Source of the DNA: Candidatus Babeliales bacterium
Lineage (GTDB): Bacteria > Babelota > Babeliae > Babelales > JBFXEV01
DNA: 64,000 bases
Assembly: GCA_050179755.1 (NCBI GenBank)
Contig: JBFXEV010000001.1
Location: 297,994 to 361,993, forward strand
Direction: 5' to 3'
Shown here: positions 50,138 through 60,326 of the stretch, piece after piece
How positions within the stretch are numbered: position 1 is the first letter of the stretch
Layout: every line of letters starts with the position of its first letter
The notes under the pieces: model-generated
Database searches by the model: none
Told to the model about the DNA's origin: nothing
Seen by the model: only the letters and a program-made list of their open reading frames with translations
Position numbers and translations under genes: made by a program

Positions 50138-51147
50138 TATTTTTTAAAAAATTATATATTAGTTTAAGTTGTGTTATTTTGTTAACGTCAATTAATTATA
50201 TAACAGCCAAAGTTCTTATTTTTACCTTTGTGTATAATCGTCCCGATTTTATTGAACTTCAACAGAAGCTCTTTAAAAAATTTTTAAAAGATGACTACGA
50301 ATTTGTGATTTTTGATGATAGTAAAACAACTGAAATAACAAAAAAAATTAAATTAGTGTGTCAAACATACAACATTACACATATTAAAATTCCACAAAAA
50401 TTACATGATCGGCCCTATCTTAATCGTTATCGTACACCAAAATGGTTTGCGCAGTATAATAATGCGTCATCACGCAATTGCAACGTAGTGCAATACGCAT
50501 TAGATACGCTCGGCTTTGAGCATGATGATCTTGTTATTCTACTCGAATCAGATGTTTTTCTAATAAAAGAATTTAGTTTTTACGACTATATGCAAGGTTA
50601 TGATCTTGCAGGATATGATCGCTCGCCGGAATATAGTGACAACCGTCAGTCGCTTGAATTTCTTTGGATTGGGCTCATTTATCTCAATATGGCAACACTA
50701 ACCAATAAATACAGCTTTAATATAAATTGCGGGCAGATACATGGCGTAAATATAGACTCCGGCGGTTATTCACATTTTTATCTACATCACATTAACGACG
50801 CACGCATTAAGCTTTTTGAAAAAATCAGAATAGAACAATTAATTTGTATGGAATGCACACATGCCAAAAATTACAGATGTTCTCACAATACTAAGCTTCT
50901 TAAAGCCTTAGGTTTTGATATGCCTACTATAGCGTTTATTCAAGACGTTCCTATTGACTGGGGTTCAGGCCATTCAAGAAAAGGCTTAAGCAAAAGAAAC
51001 ATTGAATTTTTACAAAATAATAGTTTTGTGCATTTTTCAGGATCAAGTGGCTATGCTATGTTTTCACCTTATTGCAACATGGAAGAACTGTATAAAGACA
51101 AAGCAGCAGCATTTACAAAATATATTACCTATCTGCTAGATGCTTAG
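50134..51147 (+). CDS. GT-A-fold putative glycosyltransferase (paralogue of the preceding gene) with signal peptide
   Basis: VYNRPDFI, IFDD, LESDVF, DSGG; ATGA overlap. Confidence 0.6.
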   Translation: MIFFKKLYISLSCVILLTSINYITAKVLIFTFVYNRPDFIELQQKLFKKFLKDDYEFVIFDDSKTTEITKKIKLVCQTYNITHIKIPQKLHDRPYLNRYRTPKWFAQYNNASSRNCNVVQYALDTLGFEHDDLVILLESDVFLIKEFSFYDYMQGYDLAGYDRSPEYSDNRQSLEFLWIGLIYLNMATLTNKYSFNINCGQIHGVNIDSGGYSHFYLHHINDARIKLFEKIRIEQLICMECTHAKNYRCSHNTKLLKALGFDMPTIAFIQDVPIDWGSGHSRKGLSKRNIEFLQNNSFVHFSGSSGYAMFSPYCNMEELYKDKAAAFTKYITYLLDA

Positions 51148-51192
51148 ATATCTGGCTTTCAGATTCGGCAAAACTATCCTGTTTACGATGGT

Positions 51193-52302
51193 TTATATTT
51201 TTCTTTTTTCTATGTATTGTTGATAACGGCGTTCTTTTCTATAAGGATCACACAATGGAACCCACAGCTGGCATGTTTTTTCTTTCTTAGCATCTGGTGC
51301 GTCTTGTTTAATTACCTGTGTAGAATCTACAGATAATGAAGATACGTTATGAGCAATCGCCAGCTCCTTTTCTACCGCTTGTTTTGGCTTAGGCTTTACA
51401 ATCCAATACGCAGTATAATAATGCACTGCCATTGTTTCGGGCTGCACATACGCCTCTCCATCTTTTAGCTTATAACCAGGTCCGCCTTTTTCACCACTGG
51501 GATAAAAGAAATTGGATGGAAAAACCAAATCAAGAGAACCAGAAGCAATCGTACTTGGTAAAACATCTTGAATAGTTTGTGTAAAAAAATCAGGGCCAGT
51601 ACGTTGCGCAACACCTTTTTCATGTCTATAAAATGGTATTTGACTAATTGCCCGCTCTAAAATAGGGTGCCCTGGCCTTGCACCAATTAATCCATTATTA
51701 ATTCTTAGCTTATGTTCAAATAATAGTGGCACTGCATGTATACCAGTATAAAAATCACATCTTTCATGCAACCAATCAAATGATTTCAAACACGCAAAGT
51801 CAGCGTCAGCATATAACCCCCCAAATCTATATAAAATTTCATAACGCAAAATATCAGCCTTTTCTCCCCAATTTCTTGCTTGATCAAAGTATATTTTATT
51901 TTCAAAATCAAACTGATCAACATCTTGATTAGTCCATAACTTATATTCCCAATCAGGATGCATCTTAATCCAAGATTCCTGCCATTTTTTAGCTTCTTGA
52001 GGAAATGGATACGGCCCTATCCAGATTTGATGAATAATTTTGGGAATAGAATGCGCTTGTATGTGCTGCTGTTCTGCACCTTGTTTGTTAGAAAATAAAT
52101 AATATTGTTGCATTATTAATGCTAACAATTCCTTATGAGGTGTCTGCTTAAAAAACTCATTATATTGATCTTTATCTTTTTCGTGACTCACCATTGCAGC
52201 ATTAAAATCTGCAGGAAAAATTATATTTTGACCAATCCCAGATGTAAAAACAGAGCATGCTAACATACAAATGATCTGACAAGCGTAGATTAATTTTTTC
52301 AT
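51193..52302 (-). CDS. GT32 glycosyltransferase with signal peptide
   Basis: IPKIIHQIWIG, ADILRYEILYRFGGLYADADF; close paralogue of the 46020 gene. Confidence 0.9.
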   Translation of the reverse strand: MKKLIYACQIICMLACSVFTSGIGQNIIFPADFNAAMVSHEKDKDQYNEFFKQTPHKELLALIMQQYYLFSNKQGAEQQHIQAHSIPKIIHQIWIGPYPFPQEAKKWQESWIKMHPDWEYKLWTNQDVDQFDFENKIYFDQARNWGEKADILRYEILYRFGGLYADADFACLKSFDWLHERCDFYTGIHAVPLLFEHKLRINNGLIGARPGHPILERAISQIPFYRHEKGVAQRTGPDFFTQTIQDVLPSTIASGSLDLVFPSNFFYPSGEKGGPGYKLKDGEAYVQPETMAVHYYTAYWIVKPKPKQAVEKELAIAHNVSSLSVDSTQVIKQDAPDAKKEKTCQLWVPLCDPYRKERRYQQYIEKRKI

Positions 52303-52445
52303 CTGGCCCCTTTTTACTTACTACTTTATTTTCTGCGACTCTATAGATGCAGTCTTCTTTTTACACAATAGCATATTTAAAACATCATTTTCAATAAAAA
52401 GAGAATGCAGCCAAAGAAGAATAACACTCTTCAAGAGCTCACTAC

Positions 52446-53342
52446 TTACTGTGGCATTTGAGTGTAATATTGCCGTACAGTATGTACTAATTGATCTCCC
52501 GATGACAGTTTATAAGCCTCTAAGCAGTTTTGACGCATTTTTTCTTCTTGTTCAAACGAAATACTTCTTACTATTTCATCCACCATTGCTACCTTTTTTT
52601 CTGGTATAAAAACACAACAAGATAACCAATCTATTTCTGCTGGTAACAGAGTGCCGTCTGCCAAAATGACCGGAATAGCGCCTGCTTGTAAACTTTCCCA
52701 AAATCGAATAGTGCTTACACCATAGCCACGAGGGCATAAAGAAAAACGCGAGCGAGAAAGAATGTCACGATATTCTTTATTATGCTCTTTATTTATAGTA
52801 CGAGCTCCCCAAGATGGTCTTTCCATAATTACCACATCTTTTGGACAAGGCAATTCAAAAATAAATGCTCTCACTTTTTGAGCTGATTGCGTGCCAATAA
52901 ATGAATAGAGAATATCTTTTTCTCGTGCAGGGCTCACACCATTTTGAGCAAAATGAGGAAACGGCAATAGAGTAATACCCTCATATATCATGCCCTCTGC
53001 TACATGAGGAGTAAAAAGTACCGTAATGCCTATTCTACGCAATGTAGGAATAATTTTTTCAAATTGAAAGTGCTGACAAATAGTAAAACCACCATCTAAG
53101 TACATATCAGGTATTTTATCCAACATGTTTTTCTTAATTAATATTGTCCACGGCAATGCAAGATAATGCACATCTTGTGGTAGAGGATCTGCCAGAAAGA
53201 TTTTATACGCATTAAACTCGGTAGGAACAGGCTCTTTAAGAAATAAATCAGTAAAATGCGCATGTATTTGCATGGCACCAAAAACAATGCCTTGTACTAG
53301 AAGCATAATACAAAGAAACACCCCATATATTAGTTGTTTCAA
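52446..53342 (-). CDS. Exostosin-family (GT47-like) glycosyltransferase with signal peptide
   Basis: DILYSFIG, LSRSRFSLCPRGYGVSTIRFWESLQAGAIPVIL; TTG start with AGGGG RBS. Confidence 0.85.
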   Translation of the reverse strand: MKQLIYGVFLCIMLLVQGIVFGAMQIHAHFTDLFLKEPVPTEFNAYKIFLADPLPQDVHYLALPWTILIKKNMLDKIPDMYLDGGFTICQHFQFEKIIPTLRRIGITVLFTPHVAEGMIYEGITLLPFPHFAQNGVSPAREKDILYSFIGTQSAQKVRAFIFELPCPKDVVIMERPSWGARTINKEHNKEYRDILSRSRFSLCPRGYGVSTIRFWESLQAGAIPVILADGTLLPAEIDWLSCCVFIPEKKVAMVDEIVRSISFEQEEKMRQNCLEAYKLSSGDQLVHTVRQYYTQMPQ

Positions 53343-53530
53343 ATTTTCCCCTTTATATATAAATAATTCCTACATTACTATTTTTTTTCCCACAATATTT
53401 TATAGTGCAATAATTAACACTATTGGCAGAATAACTTGAATTGCGAAACCTGAAATTGCTAACATTGAAGTAGCTTATATTTAATTTAACAACTTATACT
53501 TGAAACTCAGTTAACCAAAAAGAATAATCT

Positions 53531-54961
53531 ATGAAATCTTTTCGATCATTCACCCTTTTACTCATACTATATACTACCACGTCGCTTTTTAGTTATGAAC
53601 TACCATTTGTTATTGTAACCTGCTCTTACAATAATGCTGCCTATGTGCAAAAAAACCTAGACTCTCTATTTTCTCAAAAATATACTAATTTTCGTCTTAT
53701 TTATATAGACGATGGGTCTTGTGACGGTACTGCAGAATTAGTTGAAGTATACAAGCAAACCTATCATCTTGATAACTTTACTCTCATAAAAAACACACAC
53801 CATTGCTTGAAAGGAGAAAATATTTATAAGGCAGGGTATATGTGCAGCGATGAAGAAATAATAGTAATACTGGACGGTGACGATTGGTTTGCACACGAAT
53901 ATTCACTGGCATATATTAATAATGCCTACCAAAAAACAAATGCTTGGCTTTCATATGGTAAAGTACAATTTTACCCGCAAGGCAATGTAAGCAACGCAAA
54001 AGACTTGCCACTCGATATCATTGAACAACAATCTTTTAGAAAATATACCTGGGTGTACTCGCACCCACGTTCTTTCTATGCATGGCTTTTTAAATTAATT
54101 AAATTAGAAGATCAATTAACTAAAAAAGTTGTCGGCTTTGAAGGTAAATTCTTCCCTAATTACAATGATCGAGCAATACTCTACCCTATGCTTGAAATGG
54201 CCAAAGATCACATTGTTTTTATTAAAGAAGTTGGAGTAATTCAAAACTGTGAAAATCCAATTTCATCACATAATCCCAAAGAAGGGTTCACGCCAATAAA
54301 AAAGCAATGCAGCAAAGAAACGGTGGGGCAGCCAATAATGTATGCACCGATAGAGAATCCAATCCTTAATCGATTATATACTTATAAAAATGCCCATGCC
54401 GACTGCATTATTATTATTGAAGATATTACTAAAGCATCATCTACTCTTTGCAACGTACTTGATTTTGTCCAAAATCTTGATGCCATAATTATCGTATCGG
54501 ACGTGGCGGCAAATTTAGAAATGGCTCTTAAAAATATACCATCTTTCTATAAAATCATCAGCATACGGCCCCAAGAGTTTAATCTTCATGAAATATGCAG
54601 CAATAAACATCTTTTGCTCATGAATGACTCGGTATTATTAACTCATATCATTGATTGCTCCGCTATTATTTATGAACTTGAACGCACTTTTGCATATGCA
54701 TGGTATAACGACTTATCTTTAGAAAGTTGTGCTGCAAAAAAAATTCCAGCCCAACACATTGAAAACGGTTTATACGTCTGGCGATTCTTATACACTACCA
54801 AAAATAATATTCATATTAACAGCTTTAATGGGATGCTCTGTCGCACAAAGCATCTGCGCAAAGCTTTCTCTCATGCGCCCAACACCATACAAGAGTTACA
54901 AACTATATGGAAATCAAAAAAAAGTTCCCTCAATAAAATTGGCCTTTTTCATGAACATTAA
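53531..54961 (+). CDS. GT2 glycosyltransferase with signal peptide and extra C-terminal domain
   Basis: SYNNA.YV.KNLDS, IDDGS.DGT, LDGDDW. Confidence 0.88.
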   Translation: MKSFRSFTLLLILYTTTSLFSYELPFVIVTCSYNNAAYVQKNLDSLFSQKYTNFRLIYIDDGSCDGTAELVEVYKQTYHLDNFTLIKNTHHCLKGENIYKAGYMCSDEEIIVILDGDDWFAHEYSLAYINNAYQKTNAWLSYGKVQFYPQGNVSNAKDLPLDIIEQQSFRKYTWVYSHPRSFYAWLFKLIKLEDQLTKKVVGFEGKFFPNYNDRAILYPMLEMAKDHIVFIKEVGVIQNCENPISSHNPKEGFTPIKKQCSKETVGQPIMYAPIENPILNRLYTYKNAHADCIIIIEDITKASSTLCNVLDFVQNLDAIIIVSDVAANLEMALKNIPSFYKIISIRPQEFNLHEICSNKHLLLMNDSVLLTHIIDCSAIIYELERTFAYAWYNDLSLESCAAKKIPAQHIENGLYVWRFLYTTKNNIHINSFNGMLCRTKHLRKAFSHAPNTIQELQTIWKSKKSSLNKIGLFHEH

Positions 54962-55072
54962 TTATATAATATTGATATTTATTGACTTTACTTCACGCTT
55001 TTTAGCATAGTATTAATGCTAACTTATTGTTAAAAATAAATCTGAAAGGAAATTTTAAACTTATTCAGATCA

Positions 55073-56038
55073 ATGTACAAAATAATCAAGGAGGTAATGA
55101 TGATCAACATTAGTTCTATTTCATTTAACTTACTTTTGCTCACTTGCAGTATTTTAATAAATTTACCAATAACCACGAAAACATTTTTAGTCTTTGGTGG
55201 CAAACAGGGATGGATTGGCGGGCAAATGATTAATATTCTTCAAGACCAAGGCCATGTAGCAATTGCTGCAGAGTCACGCCTTGAAAACCGCATTTCAGTT
55301 GAAAATGAAATAGTGCGCTTAAATCCCGATTGTATTATAAATGCTGCAGGAGTCACGGGTAGACCCAATGTTGATTGGTGTGAAAACAATAAGCAAGCAA
55401 CTATTAAAGCAAACCTTGTAGGAGCCTTAACCTTATTTGACATCGCTCATACTCATAACATACATGTAATTAATTTTGGCACTGGTTGCATTTATGAATA
55501 TAATGATACACACCCCATGTACAGCGGCATTGGCTTTACTGAAGAAGATAAGCCTAACTTCCAAGGGTCTTTTTATTCATTCACCAAAACCATGCTAGAT
55601 CAATTAGTACCATATTATCCTAATGTTCTCAATTTACGCTTGCGTATGCCTATTTCCGACGATCTACACAGCCGAAGCTTTATTACTAAAATCACTAAAT
55701 ATCAAAAAGTAGTAAATATCCCTAATTCTATGAGCGTGCTTCATGATCTATTACCATTAGTTCCTGTAATGGCTGAGCGTATGTTAACGGGGAACTATAA
55801 CTTTGTAAACCCCGGGGTAATTAGCCATAATGAAATTTTAGAATTATATAAAGAATATATTGATCCAGATTTTTGTTATATAAACTTCACCGTGGAAGAA
55901 CAAGCAAAAGTTATTAAAGCTGGTAGATCAAACAACGAATTAGATACCAGTAAGCTTCTTGCTGAATTTCCTTATATAAAACCGATTAAAGAGGCAATAA
56001 TTGGTGTATTTGAACGTATGCAAAAAAATCTTCCCTAA
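55073..56038 (+). CDS. NDP-4-keto-6-deoxyglucose 3,5-epimerase/4-reductase (plant NRS/ER, UER1-type; rhamnose synthesis) with N-terminal signal; start probably 55097/55100
   Basis: GWIGG, NAAGVTGRPNVDWCE, TGCIYEY, GIGFTEED.PNF.GSFYS.TK, LRLRMPIS, NPGVISHNEIL, RSNNELD: the recalled plant NRS/ER motif series. Confidence 0.9.
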   Translation: MYKIIKEVMMINISSISFNLLLLTCSILINLPITTKTFLVFGGKQGWIGGQMINILQDQGHVAIAAESRLENRISVENEIVRLNPDCIINAAGVTGRPNVDWCENNKQATIKANLVGALTLFDIAHTHNIHVINFGTGCIYEYNDTHPMYSGIGFTEEDKPNFQGSFYSFTKTMLDQLVPYYPNVLNLRLRMPISDDLHSRSFITKITKYQKVVNIPNSMSVLHDLLPLVPVMAERMLTGNYNFVNPGVISHNEILELYKEYIDPDFCYINFTVEEQAKVIKAGRSNNELDTSKLLAEFPYIKPIKEAIIGVFERMQKNLP

Positions 56039-56082
56039 AATAATTGACTTATAAATTTGCATTATTGCAAAAGGATTGCTTA

Positions 56083-56245
56083 ATGAATATTTATCACATA
56101 AAAGAAGCATTTCTTTGCTTTTTATTCTCTCAATTTCATTGAACTACAATCAAAAGTATTGATATTCACCTATGCTTATAATCGACCTGATTTTATTGCA
56201 GTACAAGATGCTACTTTTAAGTATTTTATGGAAAACAACCAGTAA
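56083..56245 (+). pseudogene. N-terminal remnant of a 49136/50134-type GT-A gene
   Basis: Frameshifted signal region, then KVLIFTYAYNRPDFIAVQDATFKYF followed by a stop. Confidence 0.75.
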
Positions 56246-56630
56246 TTTACTAAAATAATTCTACATGCCGCTTCAATCCTCTTGTTTAATTCCACTGTCG
56301 TCGCTCTGAATGTAGAGTTCAATTCCAAGTCATTAGTTAGACTCTACACGTGCTAACTGCCATCAACTGGTTAATGCGCACTTAAATTGACTGCCGCATG
56401 CCTTCTCTTGACATTAATTAATACAGTTTGTCATCCTATTAAAGAATAGAGATAGAGAGGCCGTAAAGCAAAAATGCTTTTCCTGCATATTTTGAATTTT
56501 AATAATATCATGCCTATGCTGCGCTTTTTGGTTATCTTGGCTACTATGAAATTTGAAGATTGGGCAAATTAAAACGATGTTGAAAATTGAGAGCTATATG
56601 TAAATTGGTAAAATATTATAAGGAGGGATT

Positions 56631-58022
56631 ATGAAGCATCAACTTATTTTTCTATTACTATTCGCTTCTTTAAAAACATATGCGGATTTTGAACCACAAA
56701 ATATTGCAGTAATTGGTACTGGGTATGTTGGGCTTATTACCGGAGCAGGCCTTGCCGATTTTAATCATCACGTTGTTTGTGCCGATATTGATCAAGAAAA
56801 AATTAAATTGCTCATGAATGGCGTTATTCCGATTTTTGAGCCGGGAGTGGATGAACTTGTTGCAAAAAATGTGGCACTAGGATCTCTCAATTTTACTTCA
56901 GACGTGGGCAGCGCTGTAGAAAAAGCGGATATTATTATTATTGCCGTGGGCACTCCAATGGGTGATAATGGACATGCTGACTTAACGGCATTAAAAGCGG
57001 TAGTAAAAACAATAGCTGACCATTTGAATGGTTACAAAATTATTGTAACTAAAAGTACCGTGCCAATAGGGACCTATAGACTCGTTTATTCAATGATTGA
57101 AAAAGCAAAACCTGATGCACAGTTTTCTGTGATTTCTAATCCAGAATTTTTGCGAGAAGGCTCTGCAATTCGTGATTTTTTTCAATGTAATCCGATAGTA
57201 CTTGGTGGGTATGATCAGAATGCACTTAATAAGATGAAGAATATATATCAACCTTTAATTAATAAAGGTACCAATCTAATTATGACTGATCCATCGAGCT
57301 CAGAAACTATAAAATATGCATGGAATGCATTTTCTGCAACACGTATTATGTATGTCAATGAGTTGGCTCATGTATGTAATGCTGTAGGTGCCAATATATT
57401 TGAAGTGGTAAAAGGTTTAAGTTTTAGTGAAGATTTACTGCCAACAAGTATGTTGCGTCCTGGCCCCGGCCTTGGCGGTTCATGCTTGCCTAAAGATACT
57501 AATGCGCTTGTTGCCATGGCGCAGCTTTATGGCGTTGATCTTAAAATTGTTACTGCAGTCATTGCAGCAAATGAGCGGCACAAAAACTTAATAGTAGAAC
57601 AATTATATCCTTTTTTCCACCGCAAAATGGCTGGTCGAACAGTAGCTATTTTAGGCTTATCATTTAAAGCAAATACAGATGACATCCGTTATTCTGCAGC
57701 AATAACTGCAATAGAGCGATTAACAGCTGACGATGTATTTATAAAAGCATATGATCCGCAAGCAATGGAAAATATGAAGAGGTTGTATCCTAATATTATG
57801 TACTGCCAATCGCTGGAAGAGGCGGTAGCTCAAGCAGATGCAATTCTGCTTCTTACAGAATGGGATGAATTTAAAAATGCAGACTTGGTCAAAATAAAAG
57901 AACTTATGACCAAGCAGACAATGTATCACAAGCCAGTAGTTGTTGATCCGCGGAATCTATGGAATCCAAGTGAACTTAAAGCACTTGGATTTGATTATGC
58001 AAATTTGGGCCGTGTAAAGTAA
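56631..58022 (+). CDS. ugd: UDP-glucose 6-dehydrogenase with N-terminal signal peptide
   Basis: IAVIGTGYVG, AVGTP, KSTVP, NPEFLREG, GGSCLPKD (catalytic Cys), LGLSFKANTDDIR. Confidence 0.93.
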   Translation: MKHQLIFLLLFASLKTYADFEPQNIAVIGTGYVGLITGAGLADFNHHVVCADIDQEKIKLLMNGVIPIFEPGVDELVAKNVALGSLNFTSDVGSAVEKADIIIIAVGTPMGDNGHADLTALKAVVKTIADHLNGYKIIVTKSTVPIGTYRLVYSMIEKAKPDAQFSVISNPEFLREGSAIRDFFQCNPIVLGGYDQNALNKMKNIYQPLINKGTNLIMTDPSSSETIKYAWNAFSATRIMYVNELAHVCNAVGANIFEVVKGLSFSEDLLPTSMLRPGPGLGGSCLPKDTNALVAMAQLYGVDLKIVTAVIAANERHKNLIVEQLYPFFHRKMAGRTVAILGLSFKANTDDIRYSAAITAIERLTADDVFIKAYDPQAMENMKRLYPNIMYCQSLEEAVAQADAILLLTEWDEFKNADLVKIKELMTKQTMYHKPVVVDPRNLWNPSELKALGFDYANLGRVK

Positions 58023-58144
58023 TAATTATTGATACAAACTCTTGATTTTGTCAGCCTAATTTTTATAGCTTATATTTAATAAATAGTGAGATCAATCAAA
58101 AAAGATTTTAAATACAAACTAAAATTATATCCAAAAAGGCTACC

Positions 58145-59149
58145 ATGAAAAAAGGAATAATACGTATTTGCACTATCCTAGCTGCCTTACTTTTTTTTAT
58201 CTTACCTCAAGACTTTCAAGCTAAAGCATCATTATTGGAAAGAATCAAGAAAACGCACAATCAAAGATCTAAATATATTAACAAAAAAGATCAAAAGAGA
58301 AAGAAAAATACGCTTAAAAAAATAAAAAAAAGAGAAGCGGTTATAGTCCCGGATGAGGTAAGTACCTATTCAGAACTACCTTTAGCTGTTGTTATCTGCT
58401 CCTACAATAACGAAGAATGGGCAATACAAAATCTTGACTCTGTACTTACACAAAATTATTCCAATTACCACATTTACTATATCGATGATGGCTCTGTGGA
58501 CGCTACGCCCACAATAGTTAAGGAATACATTGAAGCACATAACCTAAAAAATAAAATAACATTTCTTCGTAACGACACTAATTACTTTAAGCTCTACAAC
58601 ATGTATCATCTAATCCAGACGTTACCCGATCAAGTCATTGTAGTAGAATTAGATGGTGATGATTGGTTCGCATCTCCTGGAGCGTTAAGCTACATAAATA
58701 ATCTGTATCACAATCGCAATATTTGGTTGACTTATGGAAGAAATCAAGAATGGCCTAGTGGTAATATTGGTTGGCATGAAGAATATCCTGAAGACGTAAT
58801 TAAAAATAAAAAGTTTAGAGAATATACCTATCATGCATCACAACCCAGATCATTTTATGCATGGTTGTTTAAACAAATTAAACAACAAGACCTATTCTAT
58901 AAGGGAAATTTTTATCCTGTTGCAACAGATGTGGCCTATATGTTGCCTATGTTTGAAATGGCTGGCCAGCGAAGCGCATATATCGGTGATATACTCTATA
59001 TACGAAATAGAGCTAATGTAATTAATACTGAAAAAAGATGGTCAATGGATGAAATTAAAGCTTTTAAGAAAGACATTCGCGCCAAACATAAATATCCTAC
59101 TCTGAACGCTCCAGTATTAAATGAAGGAGAAATAACGTATGAGAAATAA
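58145..59149 (+). CDS. GT2 glycosyltransferase with signal and highly basic linker
   Basis: SYNNE, IDDGS.D, LDGDDW, SFYAWLFK, TDVA. Confidence 0.88.
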   Translation: MKKGIIRICTILAALLFFILPQDFQAKASLLERIKKTHNQRSKYINKKDQKRKKNTLKKIKKREAVIVPDEVSTYSELPLAVVICSYNNEEWAIQNLDSVLTQNYSNYHIYYIDDGSVDATPTIVKEYIEAHNLKNKITFLRNDTNYFKLYNMYHLIQTLPDQVIVVELDGDDWFASPGALSYINNLYHNRNIWLTYGRNQEWPSGNIGWHEEYPEDVIKNKKFREYTYHASQPRSFYAWLFKQIKQQDLFYKGNFYPVATDVAYMLPMFEMAGQRSAYIGDILYIRNRANVINTEKRWSMDEIKAFKKDIRAKHKYPTLNAPVLNEGEITYEK

Positions 59150-60326
59150 TAAAATATTATTATCTGCTTTCTTACTCCTTCAATTGGGCGACTCTTGCCT
59201 TGCTGTAGCAAAAGAATCCCTCTGTATCTTATTTTTAGTTGATCAATTTCCCAGCCTACCTGAAACCTTTGTATTAAATCAAATTACTGGATTGATAGAT
59301 CGTGGGCATAATGTATATATCCTTGCTCGCTTACCTGAAAATGGCGAAATTGTCCATGCAGATTTCAAAAAATATAAGCTTGAAATGCATACCCACTATC
59401 AATCAAAAAGCTATGAGGACGGAATGCCTCCTTCTTTACAAAACATAGACCCCGATATATTATTTTGCCATTTTGGTTTACAAGGAAACTATGGATTACA
59501 ACTAAAGAAAAAATATTTTTCAAGAGCAAAGCTCATTACCGTTTTTCATGGATATGATATGAGTAGATTGCTTAACGAAAAGCCCGACCTCTATAAAGAG
59601 TTACTGCCTGCCTTAGATTTGGCGCTGCCTATTAGCCAAGCTTGGAGAAAAAAATTAATAAAAATGGGAAGCAATAAAAATAAAACAATAGTACATCACA
59701 TGGGCATTGAATGTAGTCAGTTCACTTTCCAACCACGCCAACTTCATAAGAATGAAACTATTGAATTTATTTCTATAGCGCGCCTTGTTGAAAAAAAAGG
59801 TATTCAGTATGCCTTGCAGGCCTTTGCACAAACAAAACAAGAACATTCAAATATACACTATACTATTATTGGAGACGGCCCATTGCGCAATGAACTGTTA
59901 AAAGAGGCAAAAGAATTAGGTATTAGTAACAACGTCTCCTTTCGTGGTTGGCAGGAAAGTCAACAAGTTGCCATTGCATTGAACAAAGCACATATAATGA
60001 TCGCACCAAGCGTGACAAGCGTAAAAGGTGACATGGAAGGTATTCCTGTTTCCTTAATGGAAGCAATGGCCACTGGACTACCAGTTTTAAGCACTAACCA
60101 CAGTGGTATTCCAGAACTCATTGATCATGGTATCTCCGGTTATTTAAGTCCAGAAAAAGATGTGCAACAGCTAGCTGCCAATATGCAATTTATGATACAA
60201 AACCCCGGACTATGGCCCACTATCGGCTTGGCAGGACGCCAAAAGGTAGAGAATGAGTTTAATATTATAACACTAAATGATCAATTAGAACAAATGTTAT
60301 TCAAACTAATAGAGGATAAAATATGA
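59139..60326 (+). CDS. GT4 glycosyltransferase (WcaL-like) with signal peptide
   Basis: FP.LPETFVLNQITGL, FHGYD, ARLVEKKG, GDMEGIPVSLMEAMA. Confidence 0.92.
   Translation: MRNNKILLSAFLLLQLGDSCLAVAKESLCILFLVDQFPSLPETFVLNQITGLIDRGHNVYILARLPENGEIVHADFKKYKLEMHTHYQSKSYEDGMPPSLQNIDPDILFCHFGLQGNYGLQLKKKYFSRAKLITVFHGYDMSRLLNEKPDLYKELLPALDLALPISQAWRKKLIKMGSNKNKTIVHHMGIECSQFTFQPRQLHKNETIEFISIARLVEKKGIQYALQAFAQTKQEHSNIHYTIIGDGPLRNELLKEAKELGISNNVSFRGWQESQQVAIALNKAHIMIAPSVTSVKGDMEGIPVSLMEAMATGLPVLSTNHSGIPELIDHGISGYLSPEKDVQQLAANMQFMIQNPGLWPTIGLAGRQKVENEFNIITLNDQLEQMLFKLIEDKI

Noticed and set aside
56246..56630. ncRNA or hidden gene in the long intergenic gap before ugd
   Set aside because: No convincing ORF or stable structure; contains a TTGACA promoter-like box and probably decayed sequence
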